Source: Pseudovirgaria hyperparasitica
Taxonomy: Eukaryota
Assembly: GCA_010093815.1 (NCBI GenBank)
Contig: ML996569.1
DNA length: 38,950 bases
Strand: one strand, 5' to 3'
The first letter of the stretch is position 1. Each line of letters begins with the position of its first letter. The notes under the pieces were generated by a model, which was not told where the DNA came from, did not search any database, and saw only the letters and a list, made by a program, of their open reading frames with translations. A program made the position numbers and the translations under genes. This document shows, piece after piece, positions 13,531 to 25,857 of the stretch.

Positions 13531-13733
13531 TAAGTAATGCTCGAAAGAAGATATAATGGCGTTTACGCGAATTCCACCTACTATATATTAAAGCCGGTCG
13601 TGTAATCGAAGCCTACCTATCGAAGGCCCATTTCGTTACTATAGAACGGGCCCTATTAGAAACTAATAAGGAAGAAAAGAAGGAGGAGGTATAGAAGAAA
13701 AAGATACTTATAGGAAGTCTTATAAGGATGAGA

Positions 13734-13838
13734 ATATACCCGGTATCTATTTATTTATAGATTCCGCCATATACCCGGTAGATATATTCATTTATAGATT
13801 TCCTATATACCTAGCATATATTTATTCATAGATTCGAC
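13734..13838. repeat. ~35-bp tandem repeat, 3 units
   Basis: Units of the type ATATACCCGGTATCTATTTATTTATAGATT start at 13734, 13769 and 13805; a partial unit is at 13888. Confidence 0.85.
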
Positions 13839-14056
13839 ACGTATACGGGCCTACAGCCGTTAGTAAGAATTATTTATAAAAATTACTATATACCCGGTAT
13901 TCGAGGAGGCATAAAAAGAGAACTTAAGATAGTATATAACTCTTCCCTCTTATACCTCTCCATACCTCCTTAATTAATAAAACCTCCTCCTCTACTTCCG
14001 CCTCGCTTAACTACCTCTCCTTAGAATATAACTCGCCGATAGAACTAATAATAATA

Positions 14057-17017
14057 ATAGTCCCGCCGAAAAAGAAAACGCCTACCCGTGAAGAGTTATA
14101 AGATCGTTAAGTACTAATAAGATAGACGCGGTCCTAGTTAAGAGTCGTAAGTGCTAAAGTAGGGCTATCGACGGCTATCGTGGTATTAAGGCTATCTACT
14201 ACTCCGTATAGATAGGCTATAGAAGCTATAGAAGTAAATAAGTCTACTATTAACCGAATTATCGCTATCTAGGACCCGTAAGAGTAATAGAACTATATTC
14301 TAGACACGTTTAATAATCTCCTTTATATTACTAGCCTTATAGAATAGCTCTTAAGTAGTATAGTTAACCTCTTCTAGGAAGTAGGAGCCGTAATAGGGTA
14401 TAGTAAGGCAAAGATTAACTCCTCCATTCCGAAAGAAGTCCATGAGATAATTCGTTATAGAAGAGATACTAACTCCCGCATCCTAAAAGCCAAAAATATA
14501 ATCCTATAAAACTAGCGAAAAGACCTCCCTAATAATAACGGCTAGTTACTCTAATCCGCCCTCGGATAGCTCTAGTAAATATAGAACTTTATAGAAAAGC
14601 TAGTAGCGCTCTTACGAATGCGGACATGGGCGAGAGCGAGGAACTAGTTAAATGTATCTCTATAGTCCCGAATTAGCTAGGGATAGAAGGGAAGAGAAAT
14701 TAAGGTATATCTTTAGAGCTCTAATATTAATGCCGCCCTAGCTAGTAATAGTAATAAGGACGGTCTATCTCTCTAGTAACTCTTAAACTACCCTAGCCGA
14801 TAAAATAAACTAACGTTCTATAATAAGACGGGACTTATTATCCCCGCTAGTTAATAGTTATAGATAAGTAGAATAGTTTATAGGCCCGTTAAATACTACC
14901 TATAAATCAAAGAGATAAGTACATCGCCTCCGCCTTAGACCTTACCATCGCTAAAACTAGCGTAGATAACACCTACGGTAAAGTCCCCTCCACGAAGTAC
15001 GCCTTCTAGTTTAGTAGTATATTATCTCTTTAAAGCTAGTCATTTATTTAAAGTAAGTATTCCTTCTACTACCACTAGTATATATCCCTTACCGGGCCAT
15101 ATAAGAACCTCTTTAGTATCTATTACAGCCACGCCGATAAAACCCACTCGCGGACGTGCCTTATCTACCGGCCCTTAGTAATTACCAGGGGCGCCTATAT
15201 AATAATCCCCGGTTATTCTTAGTTCGCACCCTAAGATAATAGCATCGGTCGAGGAAGAGGACGAGCCTAAGAAGTATTAATGCGCGCCTTTAGTAACGAA
15301 GACTTTTAAGGCAGCTATATTATTAAAGAAGAATTTCACGAGTATTAAGGGAATGGCCCTACTAGTACGCTAGAAAGCGTAGATAGGTAATATAGCTATT
15401 CCGTATAAAGTCTACTATAAGTATTACTAAGACGTGGCTAGAAAGAATAATATACTTATTAGTATATCCTACTTAAACCTAGTAGCGAGACTTAAAATAG
15501 TATATAAGTTTAGAGATAACGTGGGGGCCCTTAAAGTTTATAAGGACTACTACACCTAGTTTGCGAAGTACGCGCGGCCACCTTATCCGATAGAGGCATT
15601 AGATATCTATCGTTACTAGGCCCTAGAGACCCCGAAGTAAGTTATTAATATTAAAACTATCCTTACTAGTATCGTATTTATGATTTAGAAGGAGGATAGT
15701 AGGATAGGTAGGTAACTCTTCGACGAGTAGGAACGTACTAGAAGTATTAATATTAAAGGGCTCTTCGAGCTACTTAAAAAGACGACCTCTATACTTAATA
15801 AGAGTATTCTAGAACTCGCGAGGGATGAATTTAATATATATAAGTACTACCAGCGCATGTTTAATAAGAAATCGAACTACGGCTGGCTACGAACTATATA
15901 CCACTCCTATATCTAATAGTTTATTAGGTAATATCTACTTTACTAGCTTACCTATATCGCTCTTCGGCCCGATCTTAACTACTATCTAATCTCGTACCCG
16001 TACTATGCGAAGTCCTAGGATAGGGGCGATAAGACGGGTTTTAAGCATCTCGATAACGCTATTAATCGAATCCTTAATCCTAGCGATAGACACGGGTTTA
16101 ATATAATCTAGAGGAGTATTAGTCTCGACGACGAACGAAGTAATAACTATACTATAATCGTTCCCTACTTCTATAAGTTCTTAAATAAATAGTAGTCGAA
16201 GGCTAAGCTCCGCGAGGGGGTTAATCGAAACGGTATAATTACGGCTATTAACGATAAGATCTATAATACGGACGATAAGAAACGATTTAGTCCCTTCGTC
16301 CTAGTCCTCTACTAGTCCCTTAAAGTATATATCTCTAGCCCACTAATAATATACGGCGCCTAGGGTCCCGTAAAGGGTAGAAGACGTATAATACTTCTAT
16401 AGTATATCGCGATTAGCCCTAATCATATAATAATAGAAGTACCTAAAATAGGCATATAGGAATAACTCGTAGTAGCTTATAGGAATTTAACTCCGGGACC
16501 TACGTCTCCGTCGGGATTTTCTAATAAATATAGCGCGATTCCTTTTGCCTTCCTAGCCGTAGTTTAACTCCTAAGTTTTAACGCCGTTAGTAACGCATTA
16601 GTCGGCCGTAAAAGATAGGATAGCTAGGAGGTAAAAGAAGAGGTAGCTATGTGGCTTAACGTAAGTCCTTAATAACTTAAAGCTAAGGTAGACGCCTAGT
16701 TTAAGGAGGGCTTAAGGGTATTCATAGAGACCTTTAAGAAAATAGTAAGGTAGGAAAGGCTAGTCTATAGGGATAGGTCGTTCTAGAAGGAATTTCATGA
16801 GGCGCGCACCGCTAAGCGGCTAATTAATTTTAAGAAATTCGAGTCTAACGCGGGCCTAGATAACGTTAAAGAGAACTTCTATAGATAGGAGAGGTCTAAC
16901 GAACTATCTAATAAGGAGGAATCTAACCTCTCTAAGATAAGCGATACGATTCTTTAGGAGCTAGCTCGCGACCTTAAGTACTAAGATTAGGCGCCTAAAA
17001 ACCTACCTAATTATTAG
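14057..17017 (+). pseudogene. Gypsy A cargo gene: ~990-codon protein with a C-terminal Fe(II)/2OG dioxygenase-like (PhyH-like) domain, RIP-inactivated
   Basis: Continuous frame +2 with only TAA/TAG interruptions, starting [M]VPPKKKTP. Conserved-looking block GWLRT..HS / ALRPD..ISYPYYAKS..GDKTGFKHLD (H 16046, D 16052) / I[Q][G]S[V]SLDDE..[C]TIIVP / [H]GA[Q]GP..GRRR..L[P][W] (16352-16402). Both ends are uncertain. Confidence 0.8.
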
Positions 17018-17042
17018 TTAAGGGCTGCCCTTAACTAATAAT
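17010..17042. repeat. Palindrome copy 3, at the end of the cargo ORF
   Basis: ATTATTAGTTAAGGG-CTG-CCCTTAACTAATAAT. Its TAG (17015-17017) is in the cargo frame. Confidence 0.97.
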
Positions 17043-17188
17043 CCGGGCTAAGGTTTACCCGCGCCGAGAGGTTTACTAGAGGCGCATTTTATTTATATTA
17101 AGGTCTTTCTTTTAGGCGTTCTTCATACGGTTTCTTACACGGTTACTATACTACTAAGGGTAGTAGTTCTATAGGCCGGGGAGGTATA

Positions 17189-17560
17189 TATAGAAGGCCG
17201 CTCCTATAGCCCTATATGTATATGTCCCTGGCTCGATTATATGGCTTTATTATATATTTAAGGAGGGCGTTTTCCTTGGTCATTCTACTCGGCGCGCTTC
17301 CCCCATTACTAATATTCGACTATTCGACCTTTTCTTACGTTTATAGGCCTCTATAGATATTAATTATTAGGCTTAGCTATTAAAGAATTAATTAAGAGTA
17401 TTATATAGACCCGTCCTATCGTAAAAGAGAACTAATAAGAAGTCGTGCGTTTAAAGAGAACTTATAATACCTAGGAGAGATACTTATAAGTTCGTCGCGA
17501 CTACTATACTAGGAACACAGCCATTTATAAAAGGGACATACGTAGCGATGGCTCACTACA
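17189..17560 (+). repeat. Gypsy A 3' LTR (372 bp), preceded by a PPT (GGGGAGG, 17178-17184)
   Basis: Direct repeat of 6219-6590; ends CA. Confidence 0.93.
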
Positions 17561-18059
17561 CTAGACACCTACTTAACTACTATAATACCTCTAAAACCTA
17601 TAGAATAATATCCCTACGCTATAGGAAAATATTTATATATTCTAGTTTCGCGAAGTACTACTTCCGTTAATCCGCGAAAGACTAGAAATAGTATTATTAA
17701 GTTTTAACTATCTACACGAATTAGAGGAGAAAGCTAATAAATACTACCGCATCCTTAAGGAACGCGGCTCTCTAGGTAAAACCGACGAACCCTATATAGG
17801 TTAGAAATAAGGTTAATTAAATATATTTAATTAAGAGTAACCTTACCGCGATTAGTACTAGAAGAGTATAAATCGGGGTAGAAACGCGTTAAGAGGATAC
17901 CGAAATAATTAAGGCGGTACTCCTTAATATAGAAAAGGATAAGGTATAGACTTAAATATAACGCCTATCGTAAAATAGTAGGATTATAGCGTACTTTATT
18001 ACTATAAGTATAGAGAAATAGAATATATTTTATCTAACTATAAGAATCCGAAAAAAGAA

Positions 18060-20327
18060 TAGGCTAGTATATAAGACCTAACTACGTTCTTAGCTAAATT
18101 ATATATACTTAGAAGGAGCTATAGCGTCTTCTAGTAAGTAAAGATCTAATATTACTAAAAGTATCGTTATCTATAGTAAATAGTAATAAAACTATATAGA
18201 CCCTCATAGATACTAGTATAGAAAATAACTATATTTCATCAATTCTCATAAAGGAGTATAGATTATTATATAATCTTAGTAAAGTTAGCTAAACTATTAT
18301 AGTTAATAGATATAAAGTTAGAACTTTAGATAAAGCTATAATAAATTATAAAGTTCATAACTTAAAGATAATAAAATAGTAGATATCTAATAAATTTATC
18401 GTGGCTAATATTAGCTAATAGAATATAATTCTAGGGATGCCTTAGCTTAGACATCTAAACCCTATCCTTAATTTTTAGAAGAAGATATTAACGTTCTAAC
18501 GATACCGTGGTAAATTATACTAGTAAGTTATAACTATTAGTAAGGAGGCATAGAACCTTACCGTACGGACCCGATCGTCGCTAATCTATCTTATATCCTT
18601 ATTAATCATCGATAAAGATAAGGATAATAGTAATAATCGGGGCGAAGACACGCTACCCGATATATATTCGTAGTATATAGATGTATTTTCGGTAGGAGAT
18701 ACGTTACTTCTCCCTAATTACGGGCTATATAAGCTAAAGATTAAGCTTAAAGAGGGAGTAGACGTCCCTTATAGCCTACTTTACCTACTTTCGAGACTAG
18801 AACTTAAAGTTCTTTATAAATATATTAAAGAATACCTCGAAAGAGGCTAGATATATTATAGTATATTATCGGTCGGTGTATCTATTCTCTTCGTAAAGAA
18901 GAAAGACGGAAGTTTACGTCTATATATTAACTATTAGATACTAAATATAGTAACTAAGAAGAATCGTGGTCTATTACTACTAGTTAGTAAATCTTTAGAC
19001 TAATTAATAAAGGTAAAGTACTTTATAAAGCTAGATTTATAAGATATATATTACTAGCTTTAAATTTATCGCGGAGATAAGTGGAAAACTACATTTCGGA
19101 CTAGATATAGTTATTTTAAGTATACTATTATACTATTCGGGCTAATAAATATACTAGGAGCGTTTTAAGGATATATTAATACTATACTCGTAGGATTACT
19201 TAACGTGATTTACGTAGTTTATCTTAATAATATACTAATTTACTCTAATAGTATATAGAATTATAAAGAACACGTGAAATCGGTACTAAATCGTCTAAGG
19301 TAGTATAAACTCTATATAAAATTATCTAAATACGAGTTTCACTAATAAGAAGTTAGGTTTCTCGGCTTTATTATAATATATAGAGGCCTAAAAATAGAGC
19401 CGGAGCGTGTAAAGACCATTATAGAATAGCTAGAATCTACTACTATATATTAAATTAGAATATTTATAGGTTTTATAAACTATTATTATAAATTTATTAT
19501 AGGCTTCTTATAAATTACGGCGCCGCTTAATAAACTTATAGAGAATAGTAGTAAAATCTCTATAGATGGGCGAGTATAGCGTAAAGCTAAGTCGGTCGAG
19601 ATATAGTTAATACTAGAAGCGCGAGATACGTTCTAATTATTAAAGAATTACTTTATAACTACGCCGATTCTTAGGTATTTTAATCCTAAGAAGTATATTT
19701 AGGTTAAAACTAACGTGTTAGAATTCGTAATTACTAGAATTATTAGTTAACCGTATAAAGATACGAAAGATAAGGTATAATAGTACCCGGTCGCTTTCTT
19801 TTTCTATAAAATAGCGGATATAGAGACGCGTTATAATACGCATAACTAGAAACTACTTATAATTATTAAGAGTTTTAAGTAATAGCGATATTATTTAGAA
19901 GGCTCCGTATATTAGATTAAATTATTATTAGATTATATAAATCTATATTACTTTATATTAACTAAGGTCCTTAATCGCCGATAAGTATATTAGGCTAAGT
20001 AGATATTAATATTTAACTTTAAAATCTTATATAAAGCTAGAAGAGAGAATAAAGCTAATCCTCTATCACGGTATAAAGATTATAAGAAATTATCATAGAA
20101 TAACGTAGATAGTTAGTATAAGTTAGACTATACTATACTTTAGATACTATAAGACTAGTTATCTAATAGAATACTAGAAGCTAGGATACTTTTAGCGATT
20201 CTCCGCGGGAATTAGAGCGGGTATTAAGTAATCTAAATAAACGTCTAAGAAACTAAGAAAACCCTTAAAGACTTAATTAAATCTACCTAGAATTCTAATA
20301 TATTAGTAAAGAAAGTTATAAGTATAA
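18060..20327 (+). pseudogene. B1 pol, 5' part (protease, RT, RNase H)
   Basis: LIDT[G][A]ENNY ~18203; FVKKKDGSLRL ~18889; VVYL[D][D]ILIYS ~19213; RNase H motifs YPVAF and ELL.I. Confidence 0.9.
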
Positions 20328-20563
20328 TAATAATAATAATAATATTAGTAAACTAGGTAGAGTACCACTCTATAGGCGCATGCCTCCTCTAGTCTAAGCT
20401 ACTATATAAGAAGAAACCTACGAATAGGAAAAACTCCCTTATATCCATAACTACGCTCTATCTATCCTCTCGTTCTTTATATATATATAGCCCTAGGGGC
20501 TACCCATAGGCCTATAGCCTATATTATAATAGTTTACCCTTAGGCAGCACGTGTAGGTGCGGA

Positions 20564-20598
20564 GATTATTAGTTAAGGGCTACCCTTAACTAATAATC
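20564..20598. repeat. Palindrome copy 4 (LINE L2 ORF2 end)
   Basis: GATTATTAGTTAAGGG-CTA-CCCTTAACTAATAATC, with 16-bp perfect arms. Confidence 0.97.
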
Positions 20599-23500
20599 GC
20601 GGTTCTCCCGGGGTTCTTCCGACGTATACCGGGGTTCTTCCGGCATATATTAGGCTTCTTCTAGTATATATACGCGGGTCTACTAGAACTAGGGGAGAGG
20701 AAGGTGTACGAGTATCTATCGGGCGACGTTCTTAGGGTACTTATTAAGCTATCGCGTAATATTAGAGGTCCTCGTCATACGGACGAGGGCTTATCTTAGG
20801 GTATAGAGACTAGAGCACGTCGCGAGATAGTAGTATATTATACCTCTCCGGCCGTAGTCCTCGCACTAGAGAGATATATCTAGGACGCCTCTCTAGTAGA
20901 GGTAATATAGAAGATCTATAGCGTCTATTCGGGCTTAGAGAAGTATAGATACTTAGGCCTTCGTTAGCCCTTTATATATCTATTTACTCGGTTCCTTCTA
21001 AGGCCCTTAGATCTATTCTAGATACCTATCCTATTAGGAGGCCCACTAGGCTTTAAGTACCTCTCTCTATTTATTCTAGATCCACGACTATATAACGCGG
21101 CTAAGCTCCTTAGGGCTCTATTAGCTCGGGACGGCATCCGGGTTATTTTAAACCTTCTATACGGTCTAGCTCGAGTCCGCCTCTATATAGTATTTATATT
21201 ATACTTAAGTTTATTCTATAGTAGGGAGGGCCTAGTAATACGCGCGGATACGTGTGCGTAGTACGGCGAAGGTATATACCCTATCTCCTCTATATTCTTA
21301 TACTTATTATTTAGTAAAGTATATAAGTCTCTATATCTAGTAGAAGTTCTATATACTCGTTATATTTATCTCGCGTTAGAGGAGCGTTGTGTTAGTAGCT
21401 TTATATACACTAGAGATAAGGCGGAGTATATAGTTTTATATAGACTTAAGCTTTACCCGCCAAGCTTATATAAGGGCCGTGTACTAGTACTCGTATCCGT
21501 ATATAAAGGCTAGGCGTACTAGGGAGACGTATAGCTGTCTTATCTTATCCTAGGCTATTCCCTATGTGGATGCCGTAATCCGGCGTATAGCGGTTTCTAC
21601 CTAGAGGGCTCTAGAGACAGCGTGTGCCACCTATGGTCCCTATTTTAGCTTATTATCGATTATAACGCCGAGTACTCGTATACTCTATACTAGTAGTTCT
21701 ATAAAGGCGTCGATTTAGGGGCGACGTGCCCCCTCCCTAGTAGCCTATCCTCTATAGTAGTTAATAAAGTATATAAGCTAGTATTTTTTAGGTGCGAATT
21801 TTACTCCGTGGCGCTTTATCTACTAGACGCATTTCTCGTGGTCTCGTTCGAGTCGTGTACATGTTCTACTAGTACTACTATCGACCGCGAGGAGGTATAT
21901 ATCGTCCGTATATCCGACTACCTCTATATATTCTATTCCCTAAAGAAGGTCTACTATAAAGAAGAGGAAGAGGATCGGGGAGATAGTGCTCCCTTACGGG
22001 ATGCCGTATACCGTCTCCTTATATTCGCTTCGGTATCCGGGGATATATATTTAAGTAGTCCTTTACGCGAGAAAGGACTATATAAATCGTATAATCCACT
22101 TAGGTATTCGCCTTATCCGGAGGTTATAGATAAGTCTTATATAGTTTACCTTATTAAACGCCCCTACTATGTCTAGGGAGAGTAGCGTGATAACTCGTCC
22201 TTATTTCTATATAGTCTAGATAATCTTAAGGATATGTTAAATAGCTATAATTAGGGAGCTTTCTACCTTCGCCTTCTAGTTTACTAGAAGAAGGCCGTAT
22301 ACCTATACTACTATACTTATCTTCTTAGTAATCGTGGCTTCTAGTACCTTACTAAGGTAGGAGAGGAGGGCGATCGGCCTCCATCCCTTCGGCGTGTTTA
22401 GACTCTTCCCTGGTTTTAGAAGTATAACCGTGTGTACGGTTCGGAAGCTCTATAGGTAGTATCCTATACGGGCGCACGCTCGGAATATATAGCCTATAAT
22501 CGGTAAGGTCGCCTATATAGTCCTCTTAAGGCATCGATTCGGAATTCTATCTAGCCCGGGCGCTTTATCGTTCGGGAGTATCTTAATAGCGCCGAGTATA
22601 TCGTCGTCTATGATTTCCCTAGGGATACTTACGGCTTCCGGGTATTCCGTACCATTAATATCTAATAGGTCTACGGGTTCTAGGAGAGGGAATATAACCT
22701 CTTATAGAATCTCTATTTTCTCGAGGCTCGTAGAGTACGTCTTTTCTTAATATATAAGGGGGGGTATAAGTGGTGTAGGTGTTAGGGAGGCGGTGCTTTT
22801 GGCCTATTTTACTATATACTATAGTCTAGTAGTATTACGTGTATATCTATCCGTGACTATATACTACTATTTACGTCGCTTATTACGGAGGACCTTATCT
22901 CGTTATCTTCTCGCCTCTCTCTATTTATCCTACGCTTTAGGTATACGGTTATAGTATACGCGTGTGTATAATCTCCGGACTTCTCGCCTATGCTCTTACA
23001 CTTAAGATATGCTTTTCGGGTCTAGGGGTCTATATATTTAGTACGGCACGTGTTTATCTCTTACTCCCTAGTACGCCTATAGGAGTATGTTCACGGCCTA
23101 GTCGATAGCCGGGCCATTAGATACATTAACTATAGACGGGTCTAGGATCGTCGATTCCAGGTCCTTTAGATACTTTTCCTAGTTAGTATCCTTCTATAGC
23201 CATCGCCCTCGTTAGTCTTAAGGGGTAGATACATCTATTACGGTCTCCATGTATTCGTGGTCGGAGTCTATCTATATAAGGCTTAGGCGGTAGTATTAAG
23301 TCCTATTATAAATATATCTAGTAGCTAGGGTAAGGTCGAGTGTGGATCCGCCCTTATCTTATTTATATTTTCGCTAGGTAATCTATTCTACTAGTATAAG
23401 AAGGTATAGGAAGCCGTAGCATTAGGTGCGTAGTTCTCTAGCTTAAAGCTCTTCGCGGGTGATAGTTAGTCTACCCTACTAGCTATGATAGAGGTTGAAG

Positions 23501-23892
23501 TCTCCTAGGAGGATGTATTATTCTAGCTCGGTAGTACCCTTAAGTATATTATCCGCCTAAAGCGATTAGTTCTAATTATATATATTATATATATAGAGGG
23601 GTCTAATATTCGTCTAGAGGTGTAGTATTATCCGGAGGTTATCCCGTTTAGTATACGACTATAATAAGAGTAGAATAGACTTATAGATATGGAAGAGGAC
23701 TCTCCTCTCCGGTCCTAGGGGGTATATTATATAATATTCTAGGTGTGCTATTGGTTTATTCGTCTGGTAGTATTTATATAGCTCCTATATAGCGAGTATT
23801 ACAGCTCCGGTCTCCTCGAGGAGTATCACCTAGTTCTTACGTTTATACTATACGTTTACCTATATAATTAGAAGTATATCTTGGTCTCTTAT
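20590..23892 (-). pseudogene. L2 ORF2, full length (~1100 codons): AP endonuclease, RT, CCHC knuckle
   Basis: One frame throughout: [Q]E[P] and [H]N.YN motifs, ILLGDFNL, SDHEY, GY[T<A]DD at 21901-21915, CED[C]..[H]....TC at ~20815-20865, ending ENRDY*. Confidence 0.9.
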
Positions 23893-24342
23893 TAGATACT
23901 AGGGAATATATAGGCCTATATATTCGTTCCTCTAAGACGCGACTATCCTCGTACGGCGGCGGCCTTAGTAATTCCTCGGGGCCGTCCTATTATTAGCTTT
24001 CTTAGGACGGTTTACTATTCCTAACCGCTTCCTCGTGAGGAGGTAGTCTATAGTAGTAGTATTATAGTAAAGAGAGGAACGGTAGTAGGTCGTATCGTTT
24101 ATAGCTACCTTACTCCCTTTATCCGGATTAAGTAGATATATTCGGTAACCTATTTACGTTTCACGCACGTAGCCGACCATGACGGGTGCTTGCCGTCGTA
24201 GTTGGAGTACTTCGCCGTGTCCCTATCCCTCTAGCCCTCTCCTCGTGTCCCGTAGGGGCACTCCTAGGTACTATATTCTTATCGATACCACCCACACCTA
24301 GTCTTTTAGGAGTACCACTATACCGTGTACCCGTATCCCTAA
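23892..24342 (-). pseudogene. L2 ORF1 3' part (gag-like, tandem CCHC knuckles)
   Basis: G[H]T..W[C]; CGW[C]..E[H]ST.EC; [C]SN[C]DGKHPSWSATC. Confidence 0.85.
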
Positions 24343-25857
24343 AAAGTTATAAGTATAAAAGGAAGCGCTATAGATCCGCCGTAGTTATTAAGGTAGAAAC
24401 AATAATTAGACGCGATCTACTTCTAAGGCCGACTCTATATACCGGAAGGCGGCTTATAAATTAATATTTTAAGGGAATAGTATAATTACGCGTTAGTAGA
24501 GTACTTTAGTATTATAAGGATAGTTAATTTAATCTAAAGGACGTACGACTAGCTAGGTCTTTATAAATATATAAAAGACTACGTAAAAACGTATAACGTT
24601 TACTAGTATACAAAAGTATATAGATACTTACCATATAGTAAATTAAGGCTATTACCTATACTAAAGGAGGTATAAAAGGAATTATTAATAGATTTTATTA
24701 TAGATCTACCCCTAAGTAAGTATTCTAGGTATATTTATAATAGTTTACTTATGGTTCTAGATAGATTTACGAAGATATTATACTATATCCCTATAAGAAA
24801 GACGATCTAAGTACTAGATCTTATAGATATACTACTCTATAACGTAGTCCGGCTCTATAGTATACTAAATAGTATAGTTTCGGATAGAGGTCCGTAGATA
24901 ACGTCTAAATTTTAGAAGGATTTCTACTATACGCTAGGAATTAAGCGGAAACTTAGTACTATATTCTATCTATAAATAGATAGATAGACGGAGTAGTAGA
25001 ATTAGATAGTCGAGGCGTATTTACGCGTATATTATAACTATAAGTAGAATAACTAGGTAAGGTTAGTCTATATTATAGAATTCGTATATAATAATAGTCG
25101 ATATACATTAATCTACGTAAGTCTATTTAAAGTAAACTTCGGTCGGAACTATAATATATAGTTCTTAGGGACTTAGTTTAAAGTAGAATAACCTAACGTT
25201 AAAGTAATAGAAATTACTATAGAACTATTCTAAACGTAAAGAAGCGTTATAAAGTGACTATAAGATACTATAAATTATAGTAAATCGCACTATAATAAGG
25301 GTAGAAAACCTATAATCTTTAATATTAGAGATAAAGTTTTACTAAATAGTAAGAATATTTATAGTATTAGACTAAAGAAGAAGCTTAACTATATAATAAT
25401 AGGTCTATATAAGATTACTCGTATAATTAATAACTAGGTATATAAGTTATAACTCCCTCCTACGTTAAAGATATATAATATATTCTATATTACGGTTCTC
25501 GAGCCATTTCATGCCTTATTATTACCGGATCGTTCTAAATAGATACTATATAAAGTAGTTACGTAAGAAGGTATAGATATCTATGAAGTTAAGTAGATAC
25601 TTAGCTAGTAATACACCGAAGATAGTACGTGGCTATATAAGATTTATTAGAAAGAATATAATCCTAATAAAGATACTTAGGAACCTATAATAAATATTAG
25701 TAAAGTAGTAATATTAGTATATAAGTAGTAATTAGTAGAGGAAGCCGCGGAATCGTAGAGAATTATACTAAAGTATAGATTTAACGTTTTTTAGTATAGT
25801 TCGGTACTAAGAACGGCCGCCTAAAAGGAAGAAGGTGAAAGAGATATAGATCTTTAA
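24343..25857 (+). pseudogene. B1 pol, 3' part (integrase and chromodomain)
   Basis: DFIIDLP ~24690, IVSDRGP ~24875, GPY-like motif ~25402, and chromodomain YEV..IL..WLYKI.[W]K.Y..DT[W]EP at 25582-25700. End is approximate. Confidence 0.9.

Larger units (their letters stand above)
20328..24342 (-). mobile_element. Tad-like LINE, subfamily 2 (copy L2), 5'-truncated, with (TTA)n tail and 16-bp TSD
   Basis: TSD AAAGTTATAAGTATAA at 20312-20327 and 24343-24358. The empty site is visible in B2 near 32655-32672. (TAA)n on the + strand at ~20328-20345. Confidence 0.95.

Noticed and set aside
13431..13838. 26-bp and 35-bp repeats as a CRISPR-like array
   Set aside because: Units are head-to-tail with no unique spacers, there are no cas genes, and the context is a eukaryotic TE.
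14147..14211. GTAAGT...TAG intron in the cargo gene
   Set aside because: The frame reads through it without a shift, and removing these 65 nt would break the frame.
14057..17017. Cargo ORF as a retroviral env gene or as TET/JBP/AlkB proper
   Set aside because: No signal peptide or transmembrane segment is evident, and motif spacing looks PhyH-like. Subfamily assignment needs a profile search.
6219..17560. A single intact 11.3-kb Gypsy A insertion
   Set aside because: There is no TSD, the flanks belong to different host elements, and an internal gap is present.
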